From positions 1 to 64,000 of the forward strand of contig JAZAMN010000039.1 of NCBI GenBank assembly GCA_036229005.1: DNA of 64,000 bases. Direction: 5' to 3'. Numbering within the stretch: position 1 is the stretch's first letter; the number at the start of each line of letters is the position of its first letter. The translations under genes were made by a program, and so were the position numbers. Under the pieces are notes generated by a model. It ran no database searches, was not told the origin of the DNA, and was given only the letters and a program-made list of their open reading frames with translations. Shown here piece after piece: positions 48,705-58,016 of this stretch. Source of the stretch: Myxococcota bacterium (lineage in GTDB: Bacteria > Myxococcota_A > UBA796 > CAJQPC01).

Positions 48705-50180
48705 ATGGACATCAAGAGCTTCCGCGGAACCCTGCTGCTGGCCCTGCTGGTTGGCGGCGTGGTCATCGGCGTCAAGGCCCTAGACCCCGCCGAAGAGGAG
48801 GTCGAGCAGACGGCGGAGCGCCCCCTGTTCGTCTTCGAGAAGCAGGACCTGGTCAAGTTCTCGGTGGAGCGGCCGGACGGCGTCGACCTGACGCTGGAGG
48901 AGCGCGCCGAGGGCTGGTTCATCGTAGAGACGGGCAAGCCGGCGGCCAAGACCCAGGTCAACCGCACGCGGCACCAGCTCCACGATCTGGTCGCCCGAGC
49001 CAGCGTGGTGGACAACCCCGAGCAGCCCTCGCTCTACGGGCTGGGGCCGGAGCAGGCGGTGCGCGTCACCCTGTACTTCCGGGACGGGAGCAGCGAGTCG
49101 TTCCTCGCCGGCGACCCCAACCCGACGGGGGTGTCGTACTACATGCAGCGAGAGGGTGAGGAGACCATCTTCACCGTGAAGAAGTCCGCTGTCGACTACT
49201 TCTCCCTGGACCTGGAGGACTTCCGCGAGCGGCGCTTCGCCAGCTTCAACGCCAAGGACGCCGACCGCATCGAGGCCGACCTGCCCCAGGGACGGCGCCT
49301 CGTGCTCCAGCGCACCAGCGAGAAGAGCTGGGAGATGGTGGAGCCGGTCGCGGGCATGTCGGTGTCCCTGGACCGCGCGCGCTCGCTGCTGGGCCGCATC
49401 TCGGTGCTCAAGGAGACCGGCGACTTCGGGGTGGAGCTGCCCGACGGCGACCCCAAGCTGGCGGAGTACGGCCTGTTGGAGCCCCGGGCCCGCATCCGCG
49501 TGTCCTTTGGCACCCGGGCCCCCCTGACCCTGCTTGTGGGCGACGAGGTCCCCACGGACGACACCCAGCCCCACGCCTGGGTGCGGGTGGAGGGCCAGCA
49601 GACCGTGTTCGAGTCGCGGGTGGGCTTCCTGGACGACTACCTGGTGGACCCCCAGGAGCTGCGCAACCCCCGCTTTGTGGGGCTGGATCCCGACGAGATC
49701 GAGAGCTGGCTCGTGGAGCTCAACGAGGACGAGGACCCCGGCCTGGTCGGGGTGACTCCGGGCAAACGCGTCGGCGACACCTGGCAGTGGGAGGACGGCC
49801 GCCCGGTCTCCGGCAGCACCCCCAAGCGCGTGGCCGACCGCATGGCGACCCTGGACGCCGAGGCCTTCGAGGACGGGGTCCAGAACCTGCGGCCCTACGG
49901 TCTGGACACCCCGGTGGCGCGGGTCACGCTGCACGACCTGAATGGAGAGGTGGTCGTGGTGCTCTTGGGCGATGAGGGTGAACCGCGCCGGGATGTGGAG
50001 GACCGCGTCATCCCGAGGATCTGGGCCACCGTCGAGGGCAGCGACGGCGTGTATCTTGTGGATGGCTCCGCCCTGGACGTGCTCCAGGACGCCCGCCGCG
50101 AGCACAACAAGAAGCTCAAGAAGGACGCTGAGAAGGCGGAGCGTCAAGAGAAGATCCCTCTGGAGGCCACCCCCGAATGA
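48705..50180 (+). CDS. DUF4340 domain protein
   Basis: N-terminal TM and three repeats containing YGL..P. Confidence 0.8.
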   Translation: MDIKSFRGTLLLALLVGGVVIGVKALDPAEEEVEQTAERPLFVFEKQDLVKFSVERPDGVDLTLEERAEGWFIVETGKPAAKTQVNRTRHQLHDLVARASVVDNPEQPSLYGLGPEQAVRVTLYFRDGSSESFLAGDPNPTGVSYYMQREGEETIFTVKKSAVDYFSLDLEDFRERRFASFNAKDADRIEADLPQGRRLVLQRTSEKSWEMVEPVAGMSVSLDRARSLLGRISVLKETGDFGVELPDGDPKLAEYGLLEPRARIRVSFGTRAPLTLLVGDEVPTDDTQPHAWVRVEGQQTVFESRVGFLDDYLVDPQELRNPRFVGLDPDEIESWLVELNEDEDPGLVGVTPGKRVGDTWQWEDGRPVSGSTPKRVADRMATLDAEAFEDGVQNLRPYGLDTPVARVTLHDLNGEVVVVLLGDEGEPRRDVEDRVIPRIWATVEGSDGVYLVDGSALDVLQDARREHNKKLKKDAEKAERQEKIPLEATPE

Positions 50181-51652
50181 CTGCCCTGTTGCTGGCGCTC
50201 GCCTGCACCACGCGCACTGGAGACGCCGGCGCGATCGCCATCGCCTACCAGCACCACGTGGACGGCGACATCGAGCCCTGCGGCTGACCCAAGAATCCTC
50301 TGGGCGGTCTGTCCAGGCGAGCAGTGGTGTTGAGCAAGCTCCGCATGGAGTCCCCCACGGTGGTGGTGGACGGCGGCAGCCTGTTCTGGAAGTCCAAGGT
50401 GCTGCGGGAGTCGGAGCGCGCGCAGCGCCTGCTCAAGGCGGAGCTGCAGGCCAAGGTGGTGGCCCGGAACGGGATCGACGCGATGGTGCCCGGCGTCGGG
50501 GATCTGGCCCTGGGGCTGGACGAGTACGCCCGCTTGACCGCCGAGCTGCCGGTGCTGTCGGCCAACCTGGTCTGCGGGGAGCGGAGCTGGCCCGGCTCGG
50601 TGGTGGTGGATCGCGGGGGCGTGAAGCTGGGAGTGATCGGGGTCAGTGGCGAGCTCCATCCGGACTGCACCCTCAGCCAGCCGCCCCTGGACGCGCTCCA
50701 AGCGGAGCTCCAGGGCATCGGCGAGGTCGACGCGGTGCTGGTCCTGGCCCACGTGGGGCGGGGCTTTGGAAACCAGGCCGCGCAGGTCGCCGGGGTGGAC
50801 TTCGTTCTGGACGGGGCCGACGGTGCGAGCCGCAAGCACCCGCTGCAGGAGGGGAGCGCCTGGATCCTGGGCAACGGCAAGCGGGGCAAGACCCTGGGCG
50901 TGCTCAAGCTGGAGCCCGTGGAGGGCGCCGAGCTGTGGATGGACCGGGGGGCCTCCGAGGGGGTGGAAGAACGCCTCGCGCAGCGGCAGGAGCGCCTGGA
51001 GGAGGCGCAGGAGGGGCTCAGCAGTGCCTCGCCGGCGGACCGAGCCAAATACCAGTCGCGGGTGGACTACTACTCCAAAGAGGTGGAGGAGGCAGAAGCC
51101 GAGCTAAAGGCGGCCGCCAGCGCCGCCGGCCCCCGCTCCCTCTTCTCCAACGAGCTGGTCCCGCTGAACGCCGACGTGGGCGAAGACACCGCCATCCTGG
51201 CCGAGCTCGAGGCCCTGACCGAGGCCATCGCCGCGCTGCCGCCCCAGGTCGCCTCGGCGCCGACCAGCATGGGCCCCTACGTGGGCTCGGAGAGCTGCCG
51301 GGGCTGCCACCTGGAGGCGTGGACCCAGTGGGCCGAGACGCCCCACGCGCGGGCCTACGCGAGCCTGGCCCGGGAGAACAAGGAGCTGGACGCGAGCTGC
51401 TATGGCTGCCACGTGACCGGCGCCTTCCACCCCGAGGGCCCGCAGACCCCGCACGAGGTGGGGCACCTCAAGAACGTGGGCTGCGAGTCCTGCCATGGTC
51501 CCGGCCGGGCGCACGTGGCGGACCCCAAGGCCGGGCAGATGCAGGGGGAGCCCCGGGTCCAGAGCTGCACGCAGTGTCACGACGGCGTGCAGGACCAGGG
51601 CGACTTCGACCAGTCCAGCTACTGGCCGCGGGTGGTCCACACCCCCCAATAG
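50177..51652 (+). CDS. Predicted selenoprotein lipoprotein: UshA-like (CxU) domain, coiled coil and tetraheme cytochrome c
   Basis: ATGA overlap. MTALLLALAC...GDIEPCG-TGA(50285-50287)-PKNPLGGLSRR is in frame with ORF 50324..51652. Hemes CRGCH, CYGCH, CESCH, CTQCH. Confidence 0.85.
50288..50317 (+). promoter_or_regulatory. Bacterial SECIS element
   Basis: Stem CTGGGC/GTCCAG with loop GGTCT. The loop GGT starts after an 18-nt spacer from the UGA, as in the E. coli fdhF SECIS (GCAGGUCUGC). Confidence 0.75.
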
Positions 51653-51665
51653 CGGGCGCGGCGGC

Positions 51666-52331
51666 TCAGTCCAGGCCGTCGTCCGCGTAGAGGGTGAGGA
51701 AGGCCTCGGAGCTGTCCGACACCCCGTCGTTCACCACCAGGCCGATGGTGACGTCGCCCGCTGCATTGCAGGTCAGCTCCGGCGAGGACAGGCTGGGCTC
51801 GTCGATGTCCGCGTCACCGACGACCACCCGCCAGGTGTAGCTGAGGAGGTCGCCGTCCGCGTCGGTGGAGGACTCCGTGAGGGCGAGGGGGTCGCCGACC
51901 CAGCAGTCGCCCGGGTCGTCGATGACGGCCACTGGGGCGCTGTTGCCGGTGGTCACGCCGCCGCCCACGGTCTTGAAGCTGGTGCTGATCTGAGCGGGCA
52001 GGCGGCCGTAGCCGCGACCCTCCAGGGTGTCCGCGAGGGTGAAGCTGTAGATGGTGTTCTCTTCCAGCTCGGCGTCCGGGACGAGGCTCAGCGTGCGGGT
52101 CTGGTCGTCGTAGGACAGGGCGCTGGGGACGGGGTTGCCGCTGGGGTCGTCCAGGAACACGGCGCCCACCCAGCTATCGGTGACCAGGTCGTCGTTGAAG
52201 GTGGCGTGCAGAGCGGTGTCCGGCTCCACAAGGGCGGCGCCGTTGGAGGGCGCGACGTGGATGACGGTGAGGTAGTCGGCCACGACCACCGGGTCGCCGC
52301 AGCCCAGGAGCAGGCTCAGGATGGGGAGCAT
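51666..52331 (-). CDS. Ig-like (Big_5/SbsA) plus PKD domain lipoprotein
   Basis: LLLGC lipobox; APSNGA..V..TF..D; NSAPVA..S.DADGD.LSYTW. Confidence 0.8.
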   Translation of the reverse strand: MLPILSLLLGCGDPVVVADYLTVIHVAPSNGAALVEPDTALHATFNDDLVTDSWVGAVFLDDPSGNPVPSALSYDDQTRTLSLVPDAELEENTIYSFTLADTLEGRGYGRLPAQISTSFKTVGGGVTTGNSAPVAVIDDPGDCWVGDPLALTESSTDADGDLLSYTWRVVVGDADIDEPSLSSPELTCNAAGDVTIGLVVNDGVSDSSEAFLTLYADDGLD

Positions 52332-52339
52332 GGGGGACC

Positions 52340-53794
52340 TCAGAATGCGATGCGGTATGCGATGTTGATGCGGCTGCCGCTCAGGCGCTCCCGGGCTTCT
52401 TCGCCGTCGGGGTCCACGTTGCCGAAGCTGCGGCTGCCCAGGTTCATGGCCAGCTCAGGGGAGAGCACGCCAGGGCCGGCGTCGAAGTCCAGGCCCAGGG
52501 CCCAGCTCGTGCCGACGCTGACACCTCGGAGCTTCTCGTCGTCCTGGAGGCGGGTGCTGGAGTAGCCGGCCAGGGCGGCCCAGCCGTAGAAGTCGGCGAA
52601 GCCACCGTCGATGGTGTAGCGGGCGCCGAGCTCGAGGGGCCGGACGCGGGTGGTCCAGTCCACGGTCTGGGTGGTGGCGCTGCCGCCGATGGGGGGCTGG
52701 ATGGCCAGCTCCTGCTCCAGGCCGACGCCGTAGCGGCCGAAGCGGGCGCCCAGGTGCACGTTGGGGACGTCCACCTTGTAGAGCAGGTCCACGCCCAGGT
52801 ACCAGCTCGCCTGGTTGCCGGCGCGGGTGCTGCCCAGGCCGGTGCGCAGGCCCAGCCACAGAGGGGGCTCGTCGGTGCTGGTGCTGCCCTTGCTGTTGCT
52901 GGGGGGCGGCCCCAGGGTCTCGGGGGCGGTGGTCTCGGGGGCGGTAGTCTCGGCGGCCTGTTCGGGCTCTTCTGGGGCCTGCTCGGGCTCCTCGGGGGCC
53001 TTCGCCACTGCGGGCTCCTCGGTCGCACCGGGCTCCTCGGTCACACCGGGCTCCTCGGTCACAGCGGGGCGGCGCTCGCTGGTGCCGACGGAGACCTCGG
53101 GGGCCTCCTCGGGGGTTCCGGCGGTCTCGGCCACTGCCTCGGCGGGAGCCTCGGTAGGAGCCTCGGCGGGAGCCTCGGCGGGCTCAGGAGTGGGCGCTTC
53201 GGTCGTGCCAGGGCGGCGCTCGCTTGTGCCGACGGAGACCTCGGGTTCCTCGGCGGGTGCCTCGGCGGCGGCCTCAGTCGGAGGCTCTGGGGGAGCTTCC
53301 GCGACCGCTGGGCTCACCAGCGCGCTGGCTGGGGCGTCGATCCGCGCGAGCATGGGGAGGCTGTCCCGGGTGGGCTCCAGGCTGAACACGTGCTGCCCAG
53401 GGGGCACGTTGATGGTGGCGGTGCTGACCACGCTGGGATGGCCGCCTTGCCCGTCCATCAGGCTGCCCGCGCCGGACTTGCCGTCCGCCTTGATGGTCAG
53501 GATGTTCACCCCGTCGCCCTTGGCGCGGACCTGGCCGGTGGGGCCGTCGGTGTCTTCGGGGAGGCGCTGGATGATGTCCACCGTCAGGGTCGCCGGGCCC
53601 ATCACGTCGAAGGTGAGGGCGCCACCCTGGGGGATGGCGTACCAGGGGCCGCCCTCCGGACCGCCCCGGAGCAGGGCGGGCTGGCTGTTGTTGTTGGGGG
53701 GCAGCGGGTCGGCTGCCGCCGGGGTGGACAGCAGGGCCAGGCCAATCAGGGTCAGTCCCGTCGCCCAGCGGGCCGGGGTCAGAAGCGAGCGCAT
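52340..53794 (-). CDS. Secreted protein with a Pro/Glu/Ala/Thr-rich stalk and a C-terminal outer-membrane beta-barrel
   Basis: Signal peptide, low-complexity linker, amphipathic strands ending YRIAF. Confidence 0.7.
   Translation of the reverse strand: MRSLLTPARWATGLTLIGLALLSTPAAADPLPPNNNSQPALLRGGPEGGPWYAIPQGGALTFDVMGPATLTVDIIQRLPEDTDGPTGQVRAKGDGVNILTIKADGKSGAGSLMDGQGGHPSVVSTATINVPPGQHVFSLEPTRDSLPMLARIDAPASALVSPAVAEAPPEPPTEAAAEAPAEEPEVSVGTSERRPGTTEAPTPEPAEAPAEAPTEAPAEAVAETAGTPEEAPEVSVGTSERRPAVTEEPGVTEEPGATEEPAVAKAPEEPEQAPEEPEQAAETTAPETTAPETLGPPPSNSKGSTSTDEPPLWLGLRTGLGSTRAGNQASWYLGVDLLYKVDVPNVHLGARFGRYGVGLEQELAIQPPIGGSATTQTVDWTTRVRPLELGARYTIDGGFADFYGWAALAGYSSTRLQDDEKLRGVSVGTSWALGLDFDAGPGVLSPELAMNLGSRSFGNVDPDGEEARERLSGSRINIAYRIAF
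52915..53300 (-). repeat. Mixed in-frame tandem repeats (12, 15 and 18 bp) and a duplicated PEVSVGTSERRP block
   Basis: EAPA, TTAPE and TEEPG units; gccgacggagacctcggg near 53084 and 53228. Confidence 0.7.
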
Positions 53795-53800
53795 TCGGTG

Positions 53801-56800
53801 CTACTCCACGCCGAAGATTTCGATCTCGTTCACGCCACCGCCGACGCTGTAGTAGCTGTCGACGTAGAAGCGGACGTACTGGGCGGTGACGGGGCTGCTG
53901 AGGTCGATCTGGTGGTAGCGCAGGTCGGTCTCCAGGTCTCCGGTGCCGCTGTCGATGAGCTGCTCCTCACCGTTGAACTCGCCGGTGTGGGAGGCGTAGA
54001 TCTCATAGTCCTTGGCGGCGTAGCTGTAGCGGGGGCCGTGGTGGGTGTTGACCCAGCGGATCCGGCCGATCCCGGTGATGTCCGCCAGCTCGACCTCGAC
54101 CCAGCCCACCGAGCCGGTGCGGGCCAGCCAGTAGGTCTCGTCGGCGTAGGCGTCCTCGCTGGTGTCCTCGTCGATGACGTTGGCCGCCGTGTAGTTGGCC
54201 GAGAGGTTGGAGCTGGCGCTGGCGCTGCCGTCGGGGGCCAGGTTGTCGCTGATGGTGCAGACCTCGCCCTCGGTGTAGAGGGCCTTGAGCTCGGTGCCGG
54301 TGAAGTTGGACTCCACGAAGCGCAGGTTGTCGAGCTGCCCCTCGAAGAAGTAGCTCGTGCCCAGCGCGGAGCCGATGTAGAGGTCGGAGCTGTTGGTGTT
54401 CAGGTCCGAGCCCACGGTCACGATGTCCTCCAGGACGCCGTCCACGTAGAGCCGCAGCTTGGTGCCCGTGTAGTTGCAGACCACGTGGTGCATCGTGCCG
54501 TCGTTGTAGCCGCTGGCGCTGGCGGTCCAGTCTGTCCCCGAGGTGTCGCGGACCAGGCAGTACAGGTCGCTGCCGTCCAGGGCCGCCGCGTAGTTGTACA
54601 CGCCCTTGTGGAAGAGCACCTCGATATCGGAGGTCGCGCCGTCCCGGCTGTACCAGAAGTCGGCGGTGAACGCGGAGGAGAAGCTCAGGGTGCTGTCGTG
54701 GGTGATGCTGGCGTAGCTGCTGCCGTCGAACACGGCTGCGTTGCCCATCTCACCGATGATGCGGTCGGTGCCGGACTCGGTCGCGTCCAGCCCGTTGGGG
54801 CTGTAGTCGGTGGCCGTGGCGCCGGTGTCCTCGTCGAAGGCCAGGAAGAGGCTGTAGTCGTCGTAGCAATCGTCGCTGTAGGCCACGCTGATGCTCTCGA
54901 CGTTGGTGCCGACGTTCCCGACGATGTCCTCGGAGTCGACCTCGATGCTGTTGCTCCCGTCCGAGAGCGCGACGTAGGCGACCCAGGTGTCGAAGTTCCC
55001 GGAGGTGCTCACCGCGGTGGCCCCACCCACGGTCAGCGAGGAGATCTCGCTGTCGTCGGAGGCCGTGCCCTCGATGGCGATGATGCCGTCGGAGGCGGTG
55101 GTGCCGGTCGCCGGCGAGGTGATGGTCGCGGTCGGCGCGTCGGTGTCCTCGTCGCCGCTACAGAACTGCTCGGTGTCGTTGTAGCGGTCGCTGATCTCGG
55201 AGGCGGTGAGGGCGGAGTCGTGGATGATGAACTCATCCATCCTCCCGTTGAAGGCGTAGAAGCCAGGGGAGGGGCTGTAGTCGCCGATGACGAGGTCTCC
55301 CGTGCTGGTCCCGATGGCGCCGGAGCCTCCTCCAGAGCTCCCGATCGCCACGCCGTCCTCGTAGATCTCACCGTTGAAGCTGCTGTCGTAGGTGATGGCG
55401 TAGTGGTGCCACTCACCATCGATGGTGGGCGTCGCGTAGAGGTAGACGTAGGCGCCAGTTCCGGTCAGGCCGTAGAAGGTGAGGGTAGCCCCCGCCAGGT
55501 AGGAGGCGTAGTTGTAGCCCCTCCCGCTGTTCTCCTTCATGAAGATGGTCTGGGTGCCGCGGAGGTTGCTGTCGGGCTTCATCCACCACTCGATGGTGAA
55601 GTCCGAGGTGAGCTGCAGCTCGCTGCTGTCGGGGACGGTGACGCTCTCGCTGCCGTCGAAGTCCATGCCGCCAAAGACCCGCGCGCCCAGCCAGTCGCCG
55701 TTGGTCGCGGTGCCGTCGTTGCCGTCCCACGTGCTGTCCGAGACGGTGGTCCCGCTGGTCTCGTCCATGTGGAGCACGAGCACGGCGCCGCTGTCTCCAA
55801 CCTCGATGTCGACGCGGTCGGTGTCGAAGTCGGTGCCGTCGTCGGCGTAGACGCGCAGGGAGTAGGTGCCCTCTGCGTCCGGGGTGAAGCTGGGCGTGGC
55901 GGTCTTGCGGTCGGTGATGTCGCCGTTGACCAGGGCCGAGCCGGAGGGGACGGAGATGAACACCCACTTGTAGGTCAGGGTGTCGCCGTCGTCGTCGGTG
56001 CTGCCCGAGGCGTCCAGGCTGACCAGCCCGGTCCCGCAGATCTCCTGGTCGTCACCCGCGTCGGCCACGGGCACGGTGTTGGTGGAGCCGCCGGTGACGG
56101 TCACCTCCATCGTGTCGATGTCCTTCTCGTAGGGGTCGTCCACGCGCAGGCGCACGGTGTAGGTGCCCGCGACGTCCGGGGTGAAGGTGGTGCTGACGGC
56201 GGTCCGGTCACCGAAGTCCGCGCCGGCGATCGACGAGCCGCTGGGGACGCTGGTGAAGCCCCAGTAGTAGGTGATGGGGTCGCCGTCCGGGTCGCTGGAG
56301 CCGCTGCCGTCCACCGTGACGGTGTCGCCCAGGGTGACGCTCTGGTCGGCGCCGGCGTCCGAGATCGGGGCGGTGTTGGCGCCGCCGCTCACGCTGATGC
56401 TCATGCTGTCGGTGTCGCAGGCGGCGGAGGTGTCGCAGACCTCGAGGCTGAGGCTGTAGGTGCCGCCCACGTCTGGCGTGATGGAGGGGGTGGCGGTGTC
56501 CGCGCCGGAGAGGTCCGCGGTGGTGAGGGCGGAGCTGGTCGGCGCGCTGTCCAGGGTCCAGGCGTAGGTGAGGGCGTCGCCGTCGGGGTCGGAGGATGCG
56601 CTGCCGTCGGCGCTGAGGGTGTCTCCCAGGGTGCCGCTGACGTCGGAGCCGGCGTTGGCCACGGGCGGGTTGTTGCCGGCGGCGCCCTCGACCTCCCAGG
56701 TCACGGTGTCGGTGTCGCAGAGGGGCTCGCTGTCGCACACGGCGAGCTGGATGAGCCAGGTGCCGGCCACGTCGGGCTCGAAGCTGGCCTCCAGGGTGTC

Positions 56801-57880
56801 AGCGCCGTCGATGTCCGCTGCGCTCAGGGTGGAGCCGCTGGGCTGGCTCACGAACTGCCAGGTCGCCTCCAGGGTCTCTCCCTCGGGGTCGTAGGAGGCC
56901 CGGCCGTCCAGGGTGATGGCCTCGCCCAGTCCGGCGACGCCGTCGCTGCCGCCGTCTGCGACGGGGGCCTGGTTCTCGCCCATACCGGAGCGCACGTCCA
57001 CCTGGCAGCGGCTCTCCAGGGCGCCGTCGCTCACGGTGAGCTCCGCTCGGAAGACGCCGACCACGTCTGTGGTGAAGGTGGGAGAGGATTCTGTCTCGTC
57101 GCTGAGGCTGGCGGCGCTGCCGGCCGGGGGCGCGAGCTCCCAGGAGTAGGTCAGGGGGGCGCCCTCAGGGTCGGAGGAGGCGGAGCCGTCCACCTGGACC
57201 AGAGTGCCGACCTCGACGGATTGGCTGGGGCCGCAGTCGGCGACAGGGGGCTGGTTGGCCTCTTCCGTGATGACCAGGGTCAGGTCGTCCCGGATGCTGC
57301 GGGTGCGGCCGTCATCCACCTCGAGGCCCAGCACGTAGGTGCCGGGGGTGTCGGCCACGAACTCCGCGGAGGCGTTCTGCACGCTCTCGTGCTCCAGGCT
57401 GGGGGAAGCGCCGCTGGGGGCCACCTGCACGGAGAAGATGTAGCTCAGCGCGTCCCCGTCAGGGTCGAAGGAGGCGCTGCCGTCCAGGACGATCGGGACG
57501 CCGACGGCGATGGTGCTGCTCGTGCTGAGCACCGCCTCGGGGGCGGCGTTCGCGCCCTGCGCGGTGACGGTGACGATGTCGGGCGCGGAGACGTTGCCCT
57601 CGTCGTCGGTCACGGTCAGCGAGATGGTGTAGGACCCAGCCAGGTCAGGGGTGAAGGTCCCAGTGGCGGAGTCCCCAGGAGCCTCTGCCTCCGAACCATC
57701 GGGCGCTCCGACCACGCTCCAGGAGTAGGTGGTGACGAATCCGTCGGCGTCGTAGGACCCCGAGCCGTCCAGGCTGGCGCTGCCCCCGAGCGCGACGAGC
57801 TGGTCAAAACCAGCGTCGGCGGTGGGGTTGAAGCTCGCCTGATCCTTGCAGGCCGCCAGAAGGAAGAGGAGGTTGATCAT
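53801..57880 (-). CDS. Large surface lipoprotein: about 7 PKD/REJ-like repeats, two LamG domains, an Ig domain and a C-terminal F5/8 (discoidin) domain
   Basis: LLAAC lipobox; repeated N..PVADAG...LDGS.S.D.DG..LTY.W; WHHYAITYD and HHVVCNY LamG motifs; AQYVRF..EIEIFG. Confidence 0.88.
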   Translation of the reverse strand: MINLLFLLAACKDQASFNPTADAGFDQLVALGGSASLDGSGSYDADGFVTTYSWSVVGAPDGSEAEAPGDSATGTFTPDLAGSYTISLTVTDDEGNVSAPDIVTVTAQGANAAPEAVLSTSSTIAVGVPIVLDGSASFDPDGDALSYIFSVQVAPSGASPSLEHESVQNASAEFVADTPGTYVLGLEVDDGRTRSIRDDLTLVITEEANQPPVADCGPSQSVEVGTLVQVDGSASSDPEGAPLTYSWELAPPAGSAASLSDETESSPTFTTDVVGVFRAELTVSDGALESRCQVDVRSGMGENQAPVADGGSDGVAGLGEAITLDGRASYDPEGETLEATWQFVSQPSGSTLSAADIDGADTLEASFEPDVAGTWLIQLAVCDSEPLCDTDTVTWEVEGAAGNNPPVANAGSDVSGTLGDTLSADGSASSDPDGDALTYAWTLDSAPTSSALTTADLSGADTATPSITPDVGGTYSLSLEVCDTSAACDTDSMSISVSGGANTAPISDAGADQSVTLGDTVTVDGSGSSDPDGDPITYYWGFTSVPSGSSIAGADFGDRTAVSTTFTPDVAGTYTVRLRVDDPYEKDIDTMEVTVTGGSTNTVPVADAGDDQEICGTGLVSLDASGSTDDDGDTLTYKWVFISVPSGSALVNGDITDRKTATPSFTPDAEGTYSLRVYADDGTDFDTDRVDIEVGDSGAVLVLHMDETSGTTVSDSTWDGNDGTATNGDWLGARVFGGMDFDGSESVTVPDSSELQLTSDFTIEWWMKPDSNLRGTQTIFMKENSGRGYNYASYLAGATLTFYGLTGTGAYVYLYATPTIDGEWHHYAITYDSSFNGEIYEDGVAIGSSGGGSGAIGTSTGDLVIGDYSPSPGFYAFNGRMDEFIIHDSALTASEISDRYNDTEQFCSGDEDTDAPTATITSPATGTTASDGIIAIEGTASDDSEISSLTVGGATAVSTSGNFDTWVAYVALSDGSNSIEVDSEDIVGNVGTNVESISVAYSDDCYDDYSLFLAFDEDTGATATDYSPNGLDATESGTDRIIGEMGNAAVFDGSSYASITHDSTLSFSSAFTADFWYSRDGATSDIEVLFHKGVYNYAAALDGSDLYCLVRDTSGTDWTASASGYNDGTMHHVVCNYTGTKLRLYVDGVLEDIVTVGSDLNTNSSDLYIGSALGTSYFFEGQLDNLRFVESNFTGTELKALYTEGEVCTISDNLAPDGSASASSNLSANYTAANVIDEDTSEDAYADETYWLARTGSVGWVEVELADITGIGRIRWVNTHHGPRYSYAAKDYEIYASHTGEFNGEEQLIDSGTGDLETDLRYHQIDLSSPVTAQYVRFYVDSYYSVGGGVNEIEIFGVE

Positions 57881-58016
57881 GTCTCACGCTCCGTGTGCAC
57901 GGTCCCCCGCCTGCTGGTCGGAATGCGAGGGAACTGAAAGAAACCCGCTCGAAGTATAGCGGAGTGCTTTCGGGTCAGTGCACTCCCCCCCCAGGGACAA
58001 ACCCCTCTTTGGCTCC

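Noticed and set aside
50324..51652. ORF-track start at 50324, or a pseudogene interpretation of the upstream TGA
   Set aside because: That start leaves a c-type cytochrome without a signal peptide. The upstream lipobox, the CxU motif and the SECIS-like hairpin favour Sec recoding.
52915..53300. Repeats as a possible CRISPR array or mobile element
   Set aside because: Unit lengths are multiples of 3, the copies are degenerate and in frame within a coding linker, and there are no spacers or cas genes.
52754..57937. 1727-aa plus-strand ORF, and similar long ORFs at 18971..22087, 5266..7782, 34520..37615 and 26751..28601
   Set aside because: These are antisense or alternative-frame shadows of well-supported genes. 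Stop codons are rare at this GC content and the translations have no recognisable motifs.
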